From NCBI RefSeq assembly GCF_963853765.1, contig NC_088858.1, positions 35,340,001 through 35,404,000 on the forward strand: a DNA stretch of 64,000 bases. Reading direction: 5' to 3'. The notes under the pieces are model-generated. The model was not told the DNA's origin, made no database searches, and saw only the letters and a program-made list of their open reading frames with translations. The DNA is from Magallana gigas. Its lineage: Eukaryota. The stretch's first letter is position 1. Each line of letters begins with the position of its first letter. Of this stretch, positions 14,354 to 24,075 are shown piece by piece. The translations under genes were made by a program, and so were the position numbers.

Positions 14354-15057
14354 CACAGCATATTGTTACACAATTTCGTCATGCAAACAAAATTTTGTTC
14401 CATGGAAGATATCGGGATGATGGCTTTATTATATTCAATGGCACCACAGAGGAAATAGAGGATTTTTTTCAAATTGGCAATCATTGTCACAAGCATCTTC
14501 AATTTACGTTTGAAGTCTCACCATCTTCTGTGAACTTTCTTGATACTACAGTTTACAAAGGCCCCAGATTTCAAACCTTTAACAAGCTTGACATCAAGTC
14601 ATTTATCAAACCTACAAACAACTTTCAATATCTACACAGACAGAGCGCTCATAGCCCATCTGTGTTTAAAGGTTTCATTAAAGGAGAATGCATTAGACAT
14701 GCACGAAATACTACCGACCCTACAATTTTGAATGCTACACTCAATGATTTTAAGGCGCATCTGTCAAAGCGGGGCTACTCTCCCCAAGAAATCGACCCAA
14801 TTATCAAAGAAACAACAAACACAAATCGAACAAAACTCATCCTCAATAAGACTCCAAAGCAAGCACTACGTAACCCTACGGTATTGGTTACTAAATTCAA
14901 TCCTTGCCTTAAAGGACTCAAAAAGCGAATTTTAAAGTATTGGGATATTGTACTTAGGAATTCTGAATGCAAATCTTCTTTTGATGCTCGACCTATTATA
15001 GCTTTCAGCAAGCACAAAAACATTAGCGACGAGATAATCAGGTCTCACTTAAAATAA
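14351..15057 (+). pseudogene. 5'-truncated PLE RT (C-terminal part)
   Basis: Starts at the inversion junction within ITQHIV. Includes GRYRDDGF and ends IIRSHLK*. Confidence 0.9.
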
Positions 15058-15075
15058 ACATCAGCTATTCTTGCA

Positions 15076-15197
15076 GACCCCTGATGAGGCTCATAACTGC
15101 CGAAACACTCTACAACTATTAGTACTTGCATATTTTAAATTGCAATTTGCTTTTTTGCAAAACATTACACTATCTTTGTGGTTTGGAGTGTCGGGTC
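15076..15197 (+). ncRNA. Type I hammerhead ribozyme with large stem III insertion
   Basis: Stem I GACCC (15076-80)/GGGTC (15193-97). Core CTGATGA (15081-87). Stem II GGC/GCC with 8-nt loop. GAAA (15102-05). Stem III ACACTC/GAGTGT. GUC cleavage triplet at 15190-92. Confidence 0.88.
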
Positions 15198-15495
15198 CTA
15201 ATAAATCCCTTACAAGTCTGGTTGATTGATGTCGCTAATTTTCACACTTTGACTAGGGACAATGTCCCACCGGCATCATCCCGTGCATCGCCCTCCCTTG
15301 GACAGCGATCGACTTGTGTGGTTTATTTGGTCTTCCAACATCTCCAACCACACCTGTTTCTATTGTCTTCTGAGACATTTTACTACCATCACTTCCTTTA
15401 CCAAATTAACTTGAATATGTAAAGGACTGGATTGCTACTTCAAAGTTGGTTTATTATACTTCTCTTATAAATCAAACACATTGGTTTATTCAAAT

Positions 15496-16263
15496 ATGCA
15501 CAACCCCAGCATCAGCCTTCATTCTGTTACTATGTACCAGCACTTTAACAAGCTCTCCCTCAAGAAATCCTCTACACAAATGTCAGAAGTTGACTACATG
15601 GACATCATGAAAGACCAAGTTCCTTCAAACCAAGAAGCAGCTATACAGGACTTGGACATGTCTATCAATCTACCAGATATTGATAGAGCATCGGCATTGA
15701 CAAAATCAAAAGTCTTGGAGTCTACTGAAGCCATTTTGTCTACCCGCCTACTTTACGCCAAACGTAAAGAGAGTATTTCTCATGGATTAAGGACGGGCCG
15801 CTTCCCATCGTGGTTCGGAAGCAAACTCCATTGTGAGTTAAACCTCCCTAGAGAGGATAACGACAACTTTGGCACTTTTCTCCTTGGATTACAAAAAGAA
15901 ACTACCTCGGCGTTCGGAAACTCTATCCTAAGCTACCTAGAGCGCTTGATCAGTGAAAAAGAAAGTGAAAGTAACAAATTAAGGGCAGAACATTTAAAAA
16001 GTCTGCAAGCTGAAACCGACGGCTATACCTTTGCCACTGAAAAAAGAAAGTTAGACGATGCCATCACAGCCATAACGGCCAAGCACACGACTGAACTACA
16101 AGAACATCGTCAAAAACTTCTCTCGTTATATAATCAACCGACAAGACCGGGCCACGCATCGTACACGTCCACAAACCACAAAAGCCATTCCAAACAACAA
16201 AGGAATGTGGGACATTACCGATACAGAGGACATAGCTATGTTCAGAGAAACAAACCATATTAA
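15496..16263 (+). CDS. PLE ORF1, ~255 aa, helical/coiled-coil with basic C-terminal tail (monomer 1)
   Basis: Open frame (ATG at 15496) repeated in every monomer. Charged helical central region and His/Arg-rich tail ending RNKPY. Function unknown. Confidence 0.7.
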   Translation: MHNPSISLHSVTMYQHFNKLSLKKSSTQMSEVDYMDIMKDQVPSNQEAAIQDLDMSINLPDIDRASALTKSKVLESTEAILSTRLLYAKRKESISHGLRTGRFPSWFGSKLHCELNLPREDNDNFGTFLLGLQKETTSAFGNSILSYLERLISEKESESNKLRAEHLKSLQAETDGYTFATEKRKLDDAITAITAKHTTELQEHRQKLLSLYNQPTRPGHASYTSTNHKSHSKQQRNVGHYRYRGHSYVQRNKPY

Positions 16264-16803
16264 CTTTCATATATTCTGTGCTATTTGTATAACGCCTGCT
16301 TGCACCATTAATAGTGCACCTATTGCTTTGGCACTAAGAGCCTAAGTATTAAACCATATCATTTGAGACCAAGTTTCTGTCTCATTGCTTCAATATAGTT
16401 CATGACTTTTGATTCACTTTTATGTTTTTGTTTTATCTTTTTCATCCACTTGCATTGTTAATCCACTCAGGATCAACAATTGAAACTAAGACGGGTTCTC
16501 ATTTTTACCTCTAATATTACGACATAGCGTATATTAGACGGTAGGTGCTTTATTAAGAACCAATTACTACAATTCATAACCCATTAAGCACACACTGGGT
16601 TTGACTAACGCGATCGCACACAGCAGCCTCCACGTGACCGCAATTAATCTATAAATTGGGCTATCAGTTCTCACTGCGTTACATTACCAGTATCCTCTAA
16701 TCTACCAACACACATTGGTAATTAGACGGATTCCTACCTAACCTACACAATAATTGTTGTTATTGTACACACGCAGCTCCTCTATTTAAATGGCTCGACG
16801 ACC

Positions 16804-18693
16804 GTGAAACGCACGTGTAATTATTTACGGGCTTATCAGGCTCACTGTAAAAAATCTACGGCCATAGGAGACAAGCTCGTGTTAAACCTATCACGACACA
16901 CGCTATCCAAAGACGAGCTCTGACTTCTGAGCAAAGGCTTAAAATTCATTCCTACGCCAAAAAATAACAACGCTAAGCGTTTACTTCTCAAAGACTTTGA
17001 CGAATTTGCAAGAAAACTCAGATGCAAATTCCACTTTGATACCGGGGACAACTCGCCGATTCACCCCTTTAAAACAAAGTCTGGGTTTATGCCGCCTTTG
17101 GCTTGCCGAGAACTCGAGGATTACATAGATAAAACAAAACTTGAACTTTCCTCAATGGAAATTGTAAACACGAGATCGAATATCTCTAAATCTGAGAGAG
17201 CGGCTATTTTATCGCTTAAAAATAACAACGACATCGTTATAAAAAAAGCAGATAAAAGTAATACCATTGTCATTATGAACAGAGATCAGTATGTCTCAGA
17301 AGCACATCGACAATTGTTATCCAAACACTATATGCAAGTACCTGAACCGAACATGCTCAAGCTGCATAATGATATTCAAAATATACTTTCGGAAATGCAT
17401 ATAAATGGGTCACTAGACAAAGAAACTTACAAGTTTCTGAATGACAATAAACCGTCATTAAAATGTGGTCATCTTTATCTTCTACCAAAAACCCACAAAA
17501 TTCCTGAACACATTTACAACGCTTTAATGAACGGTCATTGCAGCATCAGAAAATTACCACCTGGTAGACCAATTATCGCGCAATGCAACACGCCGACAAG
17601 GAAAATAGGACAGTACTGCGATCACTTTCTCGTCCTTATCGTACAAAAACAATCAACGTATATTAAAGATACTGCGGACTTTATCAACAAAATTGAAAGC
17701 CTCACGCCGCCACCTAACGCATTATTAATTACTTATGACGTGACAAGCATGTACACAAACATGGAATTCAATGAACTTCTTTCATCGGTGCACGAGGCTT
17801 ACACGCAGGCTAATAAAATTAAATCAGACATTCCTTATCCCACACCCAAGGAGCTAACGCTATTATTGAAATGCGTTTTAGAAAACAATTACTTTGAATT
17901 TGACGGAAAATTCTACAAGCAAATCATTGGAGCAAGCATGGGTGCAATTCCAAGTCCAGAAATTTGTGACATTCGAATGTATCAAATCACACAGCATATT
18001 GTTACACAATTTCGTCATGCAAACAAAATTTTGTTCCATGGAAGATATCGGGATGATGGCTTTATTATATTCAATGGCACCACAGAGGAAATAGAGGATT
18101 TTTTTCAAATTGGCAATCATTGTCACAAGCATCTTCAATTTACGTTTGAAGTCTCACCATCTTCTGTGAACTTTCTTGATACTACAGTTTACAAAGGCCC
18201 CAGATTTCAAACCTTTAACAAGCTTGACATCAAGTCATTTATCAAACCTACAAACAACTTTCAATATCTACACAGACAGAGCGCTCATAGCCCATCTGTG
18301 TTTAAAGGTTTCATTAAAGGAGAATGCATTAGACATGCACGAAATACTACCGACCCTACAATTTTGAATGCTACACTCAATGATTTTAAGGCGCATCTGT
18401 CAAAGCGGGGCTACTCTCCCCAAGAAATCGACCCAATTATCAAAGAAACAACAAACACAAATCGAACAAAACTCATCCTCAATAAGACTCCAAAGCAAGC
18501 ACTACGTAACCCTACGGTATTGGTTACTAAATTCAATCCTTGCCTTAAAGGACTCAAAAAGCGAATTTTAAAGTATTGGGATATTGTACTTAGGAATTCT
18601 GAATGCAAATCTTCTTTTGATGCTCGACCTATTATAGCTTTCAGCAAGCACAAAAACATTAGCGACGAGATAATCAGGTCTCACTTAAAATAA
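16804..18693 (+). pseudogene. PLE RT, monomer 1, with in-frame nonsense codon
   Basis: TGA at 16921-16923 where the other copies have TCA. Otherwise nearly identical to the intact copies. Confidence 0.88.
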
Positions 18694-18711
18694 ACATCAG
18701 CTATTCTTGCA

Positions 18712-18833
18712 GACCCCTGATGAGGCTCATAACTGCCGAAACACTCTACAACTATTAGTACTTGCATATTTTAAATTGCAATTTGCTTTTTTGCAAAACA
18801 TTACACTATCTTTGTGGTTTGGAGTGTCGGGTC
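18712..18833 (+). ncRNA. Type I hammerhead ribozyme
   Basis: Same motif as 15076-15197 (+3636). Confidence 0.88.
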
Positions 18834-19131
18834 CTAATAAATCCCTTACAAGTCTGGTTGATTGATGTCGCTAATTTTCACACTTTGACTAGGGACAATG
18901 TCCCACCGGCATCATCCCGTGCATCGCCCTCCCTTGGACAGCGATCGACTTGTGTGGTTTATTTGGTCTTCCAACATCTCCAACCACACCTGTTTCTATT
19001 GTCTTCTGAGACATTTTACTACCATCACTTCCTTTACCAAATTAACTTGAATATGTAAAGGACTGGATTGCTACTTCAAAGTTGGTTTATTATACTTCTC
19101 TTATAAATCAAACACATTGGTTTATTCAAAT

Positions 19132-19899
19132 ATGCACAACCCCAGCATCAGCCTTCATTCTGTTACTATGTACCAGCACTTTAACAAGCTCTCCCTCAAG
19201 AAATCCTCTACACAAAGGTCAGAAGTTGACTACATGGACATCATGAAAGACCAAGTTCCTTCAAACCAAGAAGCAGCTATACAGGACTTGGACATGTCTA
19301 TCAATCTACCAGATATTGATAGAGCATCGGCATTGACAAAATCAAAAGTCTTGGAGTCTACTGAAGCCATTTTGTCTACCCGCCTACTTTACGCCAAACG
19401 TAAAGAGAGTATTTCTCATGGATTAAGGACGGGCCGCTTCCCATCGTGGTTCGGAAGCAAACTCCATTGTGAGTTAAACCTCCCTAGAGAGGATAACGAC
19501 AACTTTGGCACTTTTCTCCTTGGATTACAAAAAGAAACTACCTCGGCGTTCGGAAACTCTATCCTAAGCTACCTAGAGCGCTTGATCAGTGAAAAAGAAA
19601 GTGAAAGTAACAAATTAAGGGCAGAACATTTAAAAAGTCTGCAAGCTGAAACCGACGGCTATACCTTTGCCACTGAAAAAAGAAAGTTAGACGATGCCAT
19701 CACAGCCATAACGGCCAAGCACACGACTGAACTACAAGAACATCGTCAAAAACTTCTCTCGTTATATAATCAACCGACAAGACCGGGCCACGCATCGTAC
19801 ACGTCCACAAACCACAAAAGCCATTCCAAACAACAAAGGAATGTGGGACATTACCGATACAGAGGACATAGCTATGTTCAGAGAAACAAACCATATTAA
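19132..19899 (+). CDS. PLE ORF1 (monomer 2)
   Basis: Copy of 15496-16263 with one M>R change (19217). Confidence 0.7.
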   Translation: MHNPSISLHSVTMYQHFNKLSLKKSSTQRSEVDYMDIMKDQVPSNQEAAIQDLDMSINLPDIDRASALTKSKVLESTEAILSTRLLYAKRKESISHGLRTGRFPSWFGSKLHCELNLPREDNDNFGTFLLGLQKETTSAFGNSILSYLERLISEKESESNKLRAEHLKSLQAETDGYTFATEKRKLDDAITAITAKHTTELQEHRQKLLSLYNQPTRPGHASYTSTNHKSHSKQQRNVGHYRYRGHSYVQRNKPY

Positions 19900-20439
19900 C
19901 TTTCATATATTCTGTGCTATTTGTATAACGCCTGCTTGCACCATTAATAGTGCACCTATTGCTTTGGCACTAAGAGCCTAAGTATTAAACCATATCATTT
20001 GAGACCAAGTTTCTGTCTCATTGCTTCAATATAGTTCATGACTTTTGATTCACTTTTATGTTTTTGTTTTATCTTTTTCATCCACTTGCATTGTTAATCC
20101 ACTCAGGATCAACAATTGAAACTAAGACGGGTTCTCATTTTTACCTCTAATATTACGACATAGCGTATATTAGACGGTAGGTGCTTTATTAAGAACCAAT
20201 TACTACAATTCATAACCCATTAAGCACACACTGGGTTTGACTAACGCGATCGCACACAGCAGCCTCCACGTGACCGCAATTAATCTATAAATTGGGCTAT
20301 CAGTTCTCACTGCGTTACATTACCAGTATCCTCTAATCTACCAACACACATTGGTAATTAGACGGATTCCTACCTAACCTACACAATAATTGTTGTTATT
20401 GTACACACGCAGCTCCTCTATTTAAATGGCTCGACGACC

Positions 20440-22329
20440 GTGAAACGCACGTGTAATTATTTACGGGCTTATCAGGCTCACTGTAAAAAATCTACGGCCA
20501 TAGGAGACAAGCTCGTGTTAAACCTATCACGACACACGCTATCCAAAGACGAGCTCTCACTTTTGAGCAAAGGCTTAAAATTCATTCCTACGCCAAAAAA
20601 TAACAACGCTAAGCGTTTACTTCTCAAAGACTTTGACGAATTTGCAAGAAAACTCAGATGCAAATTCCACTTTGATACCGGGGACAACTCGCCGATTCAC
20701 CCCTTTAAAACAAAGTCTGGGTTTATGCCGCCTTTGGCTTGCCGAGAACTCGAGGATTACATAGATAAAACAAAACTTGAACTTTCCTCAATGGAAATTG
20801 TAAACACGAGATCGAATATCTCTAAATCTGAGAGAGCGGCTATTTTATCGCTTAAAAATAACAACGACATCGTTATAAAAAAAGCAGATAAAAGTAATAC
20901 CATTGTCATTATGAACAGAGATCAGTATGTCTCAGAAGCACATCGACAATTGTTATCCAAACACTATATGCAAGTACCTGAACCGAACATGCTCAAGCTG
21001 CATAATGATATTCAAAATATACTTTCGGAAATGCATATAAATGGGTCACTAGACAAAGAAACTTACAAGTTTCTGAATGACAATAAACCGTCATTAAAAT
21101 GTGGTCATCTTTATCTTCTACCAAAAACCCACAAAATTCCTGAACACATTTACAACGCTTTAATGAACGGTCATTGCAGCATCAGAAAATTACCACCTGG
21201 TAGACCAATTATCGCGCAATGCAACACGCCGACAAGGAAAATAGGACAGTACTGCGATCACTTTCTCGTCCCTATCGTACAAAAACAATCAACGTATATT
21301 AAAGATACTGCGGACTTTATCAACAAAATTGAAAGCCTCACGCCGCCACCTAACGCATTATTAATTACTTATGACGTGACAAGCATGTACACAAACATGG
21401 AATTCAATGAACTTCTTTCATCGGTGCACGAGGCTTACACGCAGGCTAATAAAATTAAATCAGACATTCCTTATCCCACACCCAAGGAGCTAACGCTATT
21501 ATTGAAATGCGTTTTAGAAAACAATTACTTTGAATTTGACGGAAAATTCTACAAGCAAATCATTGGAGCAAGCATGGGTGCAATTCCAAGTCCAGAAATT
21601 TGTGACATTCGAATGTATCAAATCACACAGCATATTGTTACACAATTTCGTCATGCAAACAAAATTTTGTTCCATGGAAGATATCGGGATGATGGCTTTA
21701 TTATATTCAATGGCACCACAGAGGAAATAGAGGATTTTTTTCAAATTGGCAATCATTGTCACAAGCATCTTCAATTTACGTTTGAAGTCTCACCATCTTC
21801 TGTGAACTTTCTTGATACTACAGTTTACAAAGGCCCCAGATTTCAAACCTTTAACAAGCTTGACATCAAGTCATTTATCAAACCTACAAACAACTTTCAA
21901 TATCTACACAGACAGAGCGCTCATAGCCCATCTGTGTTTAAAGGTTTCATTAAAGGAGAATGCATTAGACATGCACGAAATACTACCGACCCTACAATTT
22001 TGAATGCTACACTCAATGATTTTAAGGCGCATCTGTCAAAGCGGGGCTACTCTCCCCAAGAAATCGACCCAATTATCAAAGAAACAACAAACACAAATCG
22101 AACAAAACTCATCCTCAATAAGACTCCAAAGCAAGCACTACGTAACCCTACGGTATTGGTTACTAAATTCAATCCTTGCCTTAAAGGACTCAAAAAGCGA
22201 ATTTTAAAGTATTGGGATATTGTACTTAGGAATTCTGAATGCAAATCTTCTTTTGATGCTCGACCTATTATAGCTTTCAGCAAGCACAAAAACATTAGCG
22301 ACGAGATAATCAGGTCTCACTTAAAATAA
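20440..22329 (+). CDS. PLE reverse transcriptase without GIY-YIG endonuclease (monomer 2, intact; true start uncertain)
   Basis: VLNLS..LS..E..LLSKGLKFIPTP, HLYLLPKTHK, PGRPII, YIKDT.DFI, TYDVTSMYTN, NYFEFDGKFYKQ..G.SMG, GRYRDDGF, VNFLD, KPTN..QYLH..S.H, KGE.IR. Ends PIIAFSKHKNISDEIIRSHLK*. Confidence 0.93.
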   Translation: MKRTCNYLRAYQAHCKKSTAIGDKLVLNLSRHTLSKDELSLLSKGLKFIPTPKNNNAKRLLLKDFDEFARKLRCKFHFDTGDNSPIHPFKTKSGFMPPLACRELEDYIDKTKLELSSMEIVNTRSNISKSERAAILSLKNNNDIVIKKADKSNTIVIMNRDQYVSEAHRQLLSKHYMQVPEPNMLKLHNDIQNILSEMHINGSLDKETYKFLNDNKPSLKCGHLYLLPKTHKIPEHIYNALMNGHCSIRKLPPGRPIIAQCNTPTRKIGQYCDHFLVPIVQKQSTYIKDTADFINKIESLTPPPNALLITYDVTSMYTNMEFNELLSSVHEAYTQANKIKSDIPYPTPKELTLLLKCVLENNYFEFDGKFYKQIIGASMGAIPSPEICDIRMYQITQHIVTQFRHANKILFHGRYRDDGFIIFNGTTEEIEDFFQIGNHCHKHLQFTFEVSPSSVNFLDTTVYKGPRFQTFNKLDIKSFIKPTNNFQYLHRQSAHSPSVFKGFIKGECIRHARNTTDPTILNATLNDFKAHLSKRGYSPQEIDPIIKETTNTNRTKLILNKTPKQALRNPTVLVTKFNPCLKGLKKRILKYWDIVLRNSECKSSFDARPIIAFSKHKNISDEIIRSHLK

Positions 22330-22347
22330 ACATCAGCTATTCTTGCA

Positions 22348-22469
22348 GACCCCTGATGAGGCTCATAACTGCCGAAACACTCTACAACTATTAGTACTTG
22401 CATATTTTAAATTGCAATTTGCTTTTTTGCAAAACATTACACTATCTTTGTGGTTTGGAGTGTCGGGTC
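22348..22469 (+). ncRNA. Type I hammerhead ribozyme
   Basis: Same motif as 15076-15197. Confidence 0.88.
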
Positions 22470-22767
22470 CTAATAAATCCCTTACAAGTCTGGTTGATTG
22501 ATGTCGCTAATTTTCACACTTTGACTAGGGACAATGTCCCACCGGCATCATCCCGTGCATCGCCCTCCCTTGGACAGCGATCGACTTGTGTGGTTTATTT
22601 GGTCTTCCAACATCTCCAACCACACCTGTTTCTATTGTCTTCTGAGACATTTTACTACCATCACTTCCTTTACCAAATTAACTTGAATATGTAAAGGACT
22701 GGATTGCTACTTCAAAGTTGGTTTATTATACTTCTCTTATAAATCAAACACATTGGTTTATTCAAAT

Positions 22768-23535
22768 ATGCACAACCCCAGCATCAGCCTTCATTCTGTT
22801 ACTATGTACCAGCACTTTAACAAGCTCTCCCTCAAGAAATCCTCTACACAAATGTCAGAAGTTGACTACATGGACATCATGAAAGACCAAGTTCCTTCAA
22901 ACCAAGAAGCAGCTATACAGGACTTGGACATGTCTATCAATCTACCAGATATTGATAGAGCATCGGCATTGACAAAATCAAAAGTCTTGGAGTCTACTGA
23001 AGCCATTTTGTCTACCCGCCTACTTTACGCCAAACGTAAAGAGAGTATTTCTCATGGATTAAGGACGGGCCGCTTCCCATCGTGGTTCGGAAGCAAACTC
23101 CATTGTGAGTTAAACCTCCCTAGAGAGGATAACGACAACTTTGGCACTTTTCTCCTTGGATTACAAAAAGAAACTACCTCGGCGTTCGGAAACTCTATCC
23201 TAAGCTACCTAGAGCGCTTGATCAGTGAAAAAGAAAGTGAAAGTAACAAATTAAGGGCAGAACATTTAAAAAGTCTGCAAGCTGAAACCGACGGCTATAC
23301 CTTTGCCACTGAAAAAAGAAAGTTAGACGATGCCATCACAGCCATAACGGCCAAGCACACGACTGAACTACAAGAACATCGTCAAAAACTTCTCTCGTTA
23401 TATAATCAACCGACAAGACCGGGCCACGCATCGTACACGTCCACAAACCACAAAAGCCATTCCAAACAACAAAGGAATGTGGGACATTACCGATACAGAG
23501 GACATAGCTATGTTCAGAGAAACAAACCATATTAA
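22768..23535 (+). CDS. PLE ORF1 (monomer 3)
   Basis: Same protein as monomer 1 ORF1. Confidence 0.7.
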   Translation: MHNPSISLHSVTMYQHFNKLSLKKSSTQMSEVDYMDIMKDQVPSNQEAAIQDLDMSINLPDIDRASALTKSKVLESTEAILSTRLLYAKRKESISHGLRTGRFPSWFGSKLHCELNLPREDNDNFGTFLLGLQKETTSAFGNSILSYLERLISEKESESNKLRAEHLKSLQAETDGYTFATEKRKLDDAITAITAKHTTELQEHRQKLLSLYNQPTRPGHASYTSTNHKSHSKQQRNVGHYRYRGHSYVQRNKPY

Positions 23536-24075
23536 CTTTCATATATTCTGTGCTATTTGTATAACGCCTGCTTGCACCATTAATAGTGCACCTATTGCTT
23601 TGGCACTAAGAGCCTAAGTATTAAACCATATCATTTGAGACCAAGTTTCTGTCTCATTGCTTCAATATAGTTCATGACTTTTGATTCACTTTTATGTTTT
23701 TGTTTTATCTTTTTCATCCACTTGCATTGTTAATCCACTCAGGATCAACAATTGAAACTAAGACGGGTTCTCATTTTTACCTCTAATATTACGACATAGC
23801 GTATATTAGACGGTAGGTGCTTTATTAAGAACCAATTACTACAATTCATAACCCATTAAGCACACACTGGGTTTGACTAACGCGATCGCACACAGCAGCC
23901 TCCACGTGACCGCAATTAATCTATAAATTGGGCTATCAGTTCTCACTGCGTTACATTACCAGTATCCTCTAATCTACCAACACACATTGGTAATTAGACG
24001 GATTCCTACCTAACCTACACAATAATTGTTGTTATTGTACACACGCAGCTCCTCTATTTAAATGGCTCGACGACC

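Noticed and set aside
15126-15422. 98-aa ORF after the RT containing STCVVYLV, reminiscent of the GIY half of a PLE endonuclease
   Set aside because: No CxxC or YIG follows. It overlaps the ribozyme and runs past the element's 3' end, so the terminal monomer lacks most of it.
16264-16803. Spacer between ORF1 and RT as a hidden N-terminal GIY-YIG domain or a 70-nt internal exon (16471-16540)
   Set aside because: Multiple TAA/TAG stops in the frames read and no nuclease motif. The candidate exon has stops in all three frames.
16921-16923. In-frame TGA as possible selenocysteine (as in some Naiad PLEs)
   Set aside because: It is private to one monomer, replaces Ser rather than Cys, and no other in-frame TGA exists.
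20440-22329. RT as a bacterial retron, group II intron or DGR enzyme
   Set aside because: The motifs (LYLLPK.HK, PGRPII, KDT.DFI, KPTN..QYLH..S.H) and pLTR/hammerhead layout are PLE-type, and the surrounding DNA is intron-containing eukaryotic sequence.
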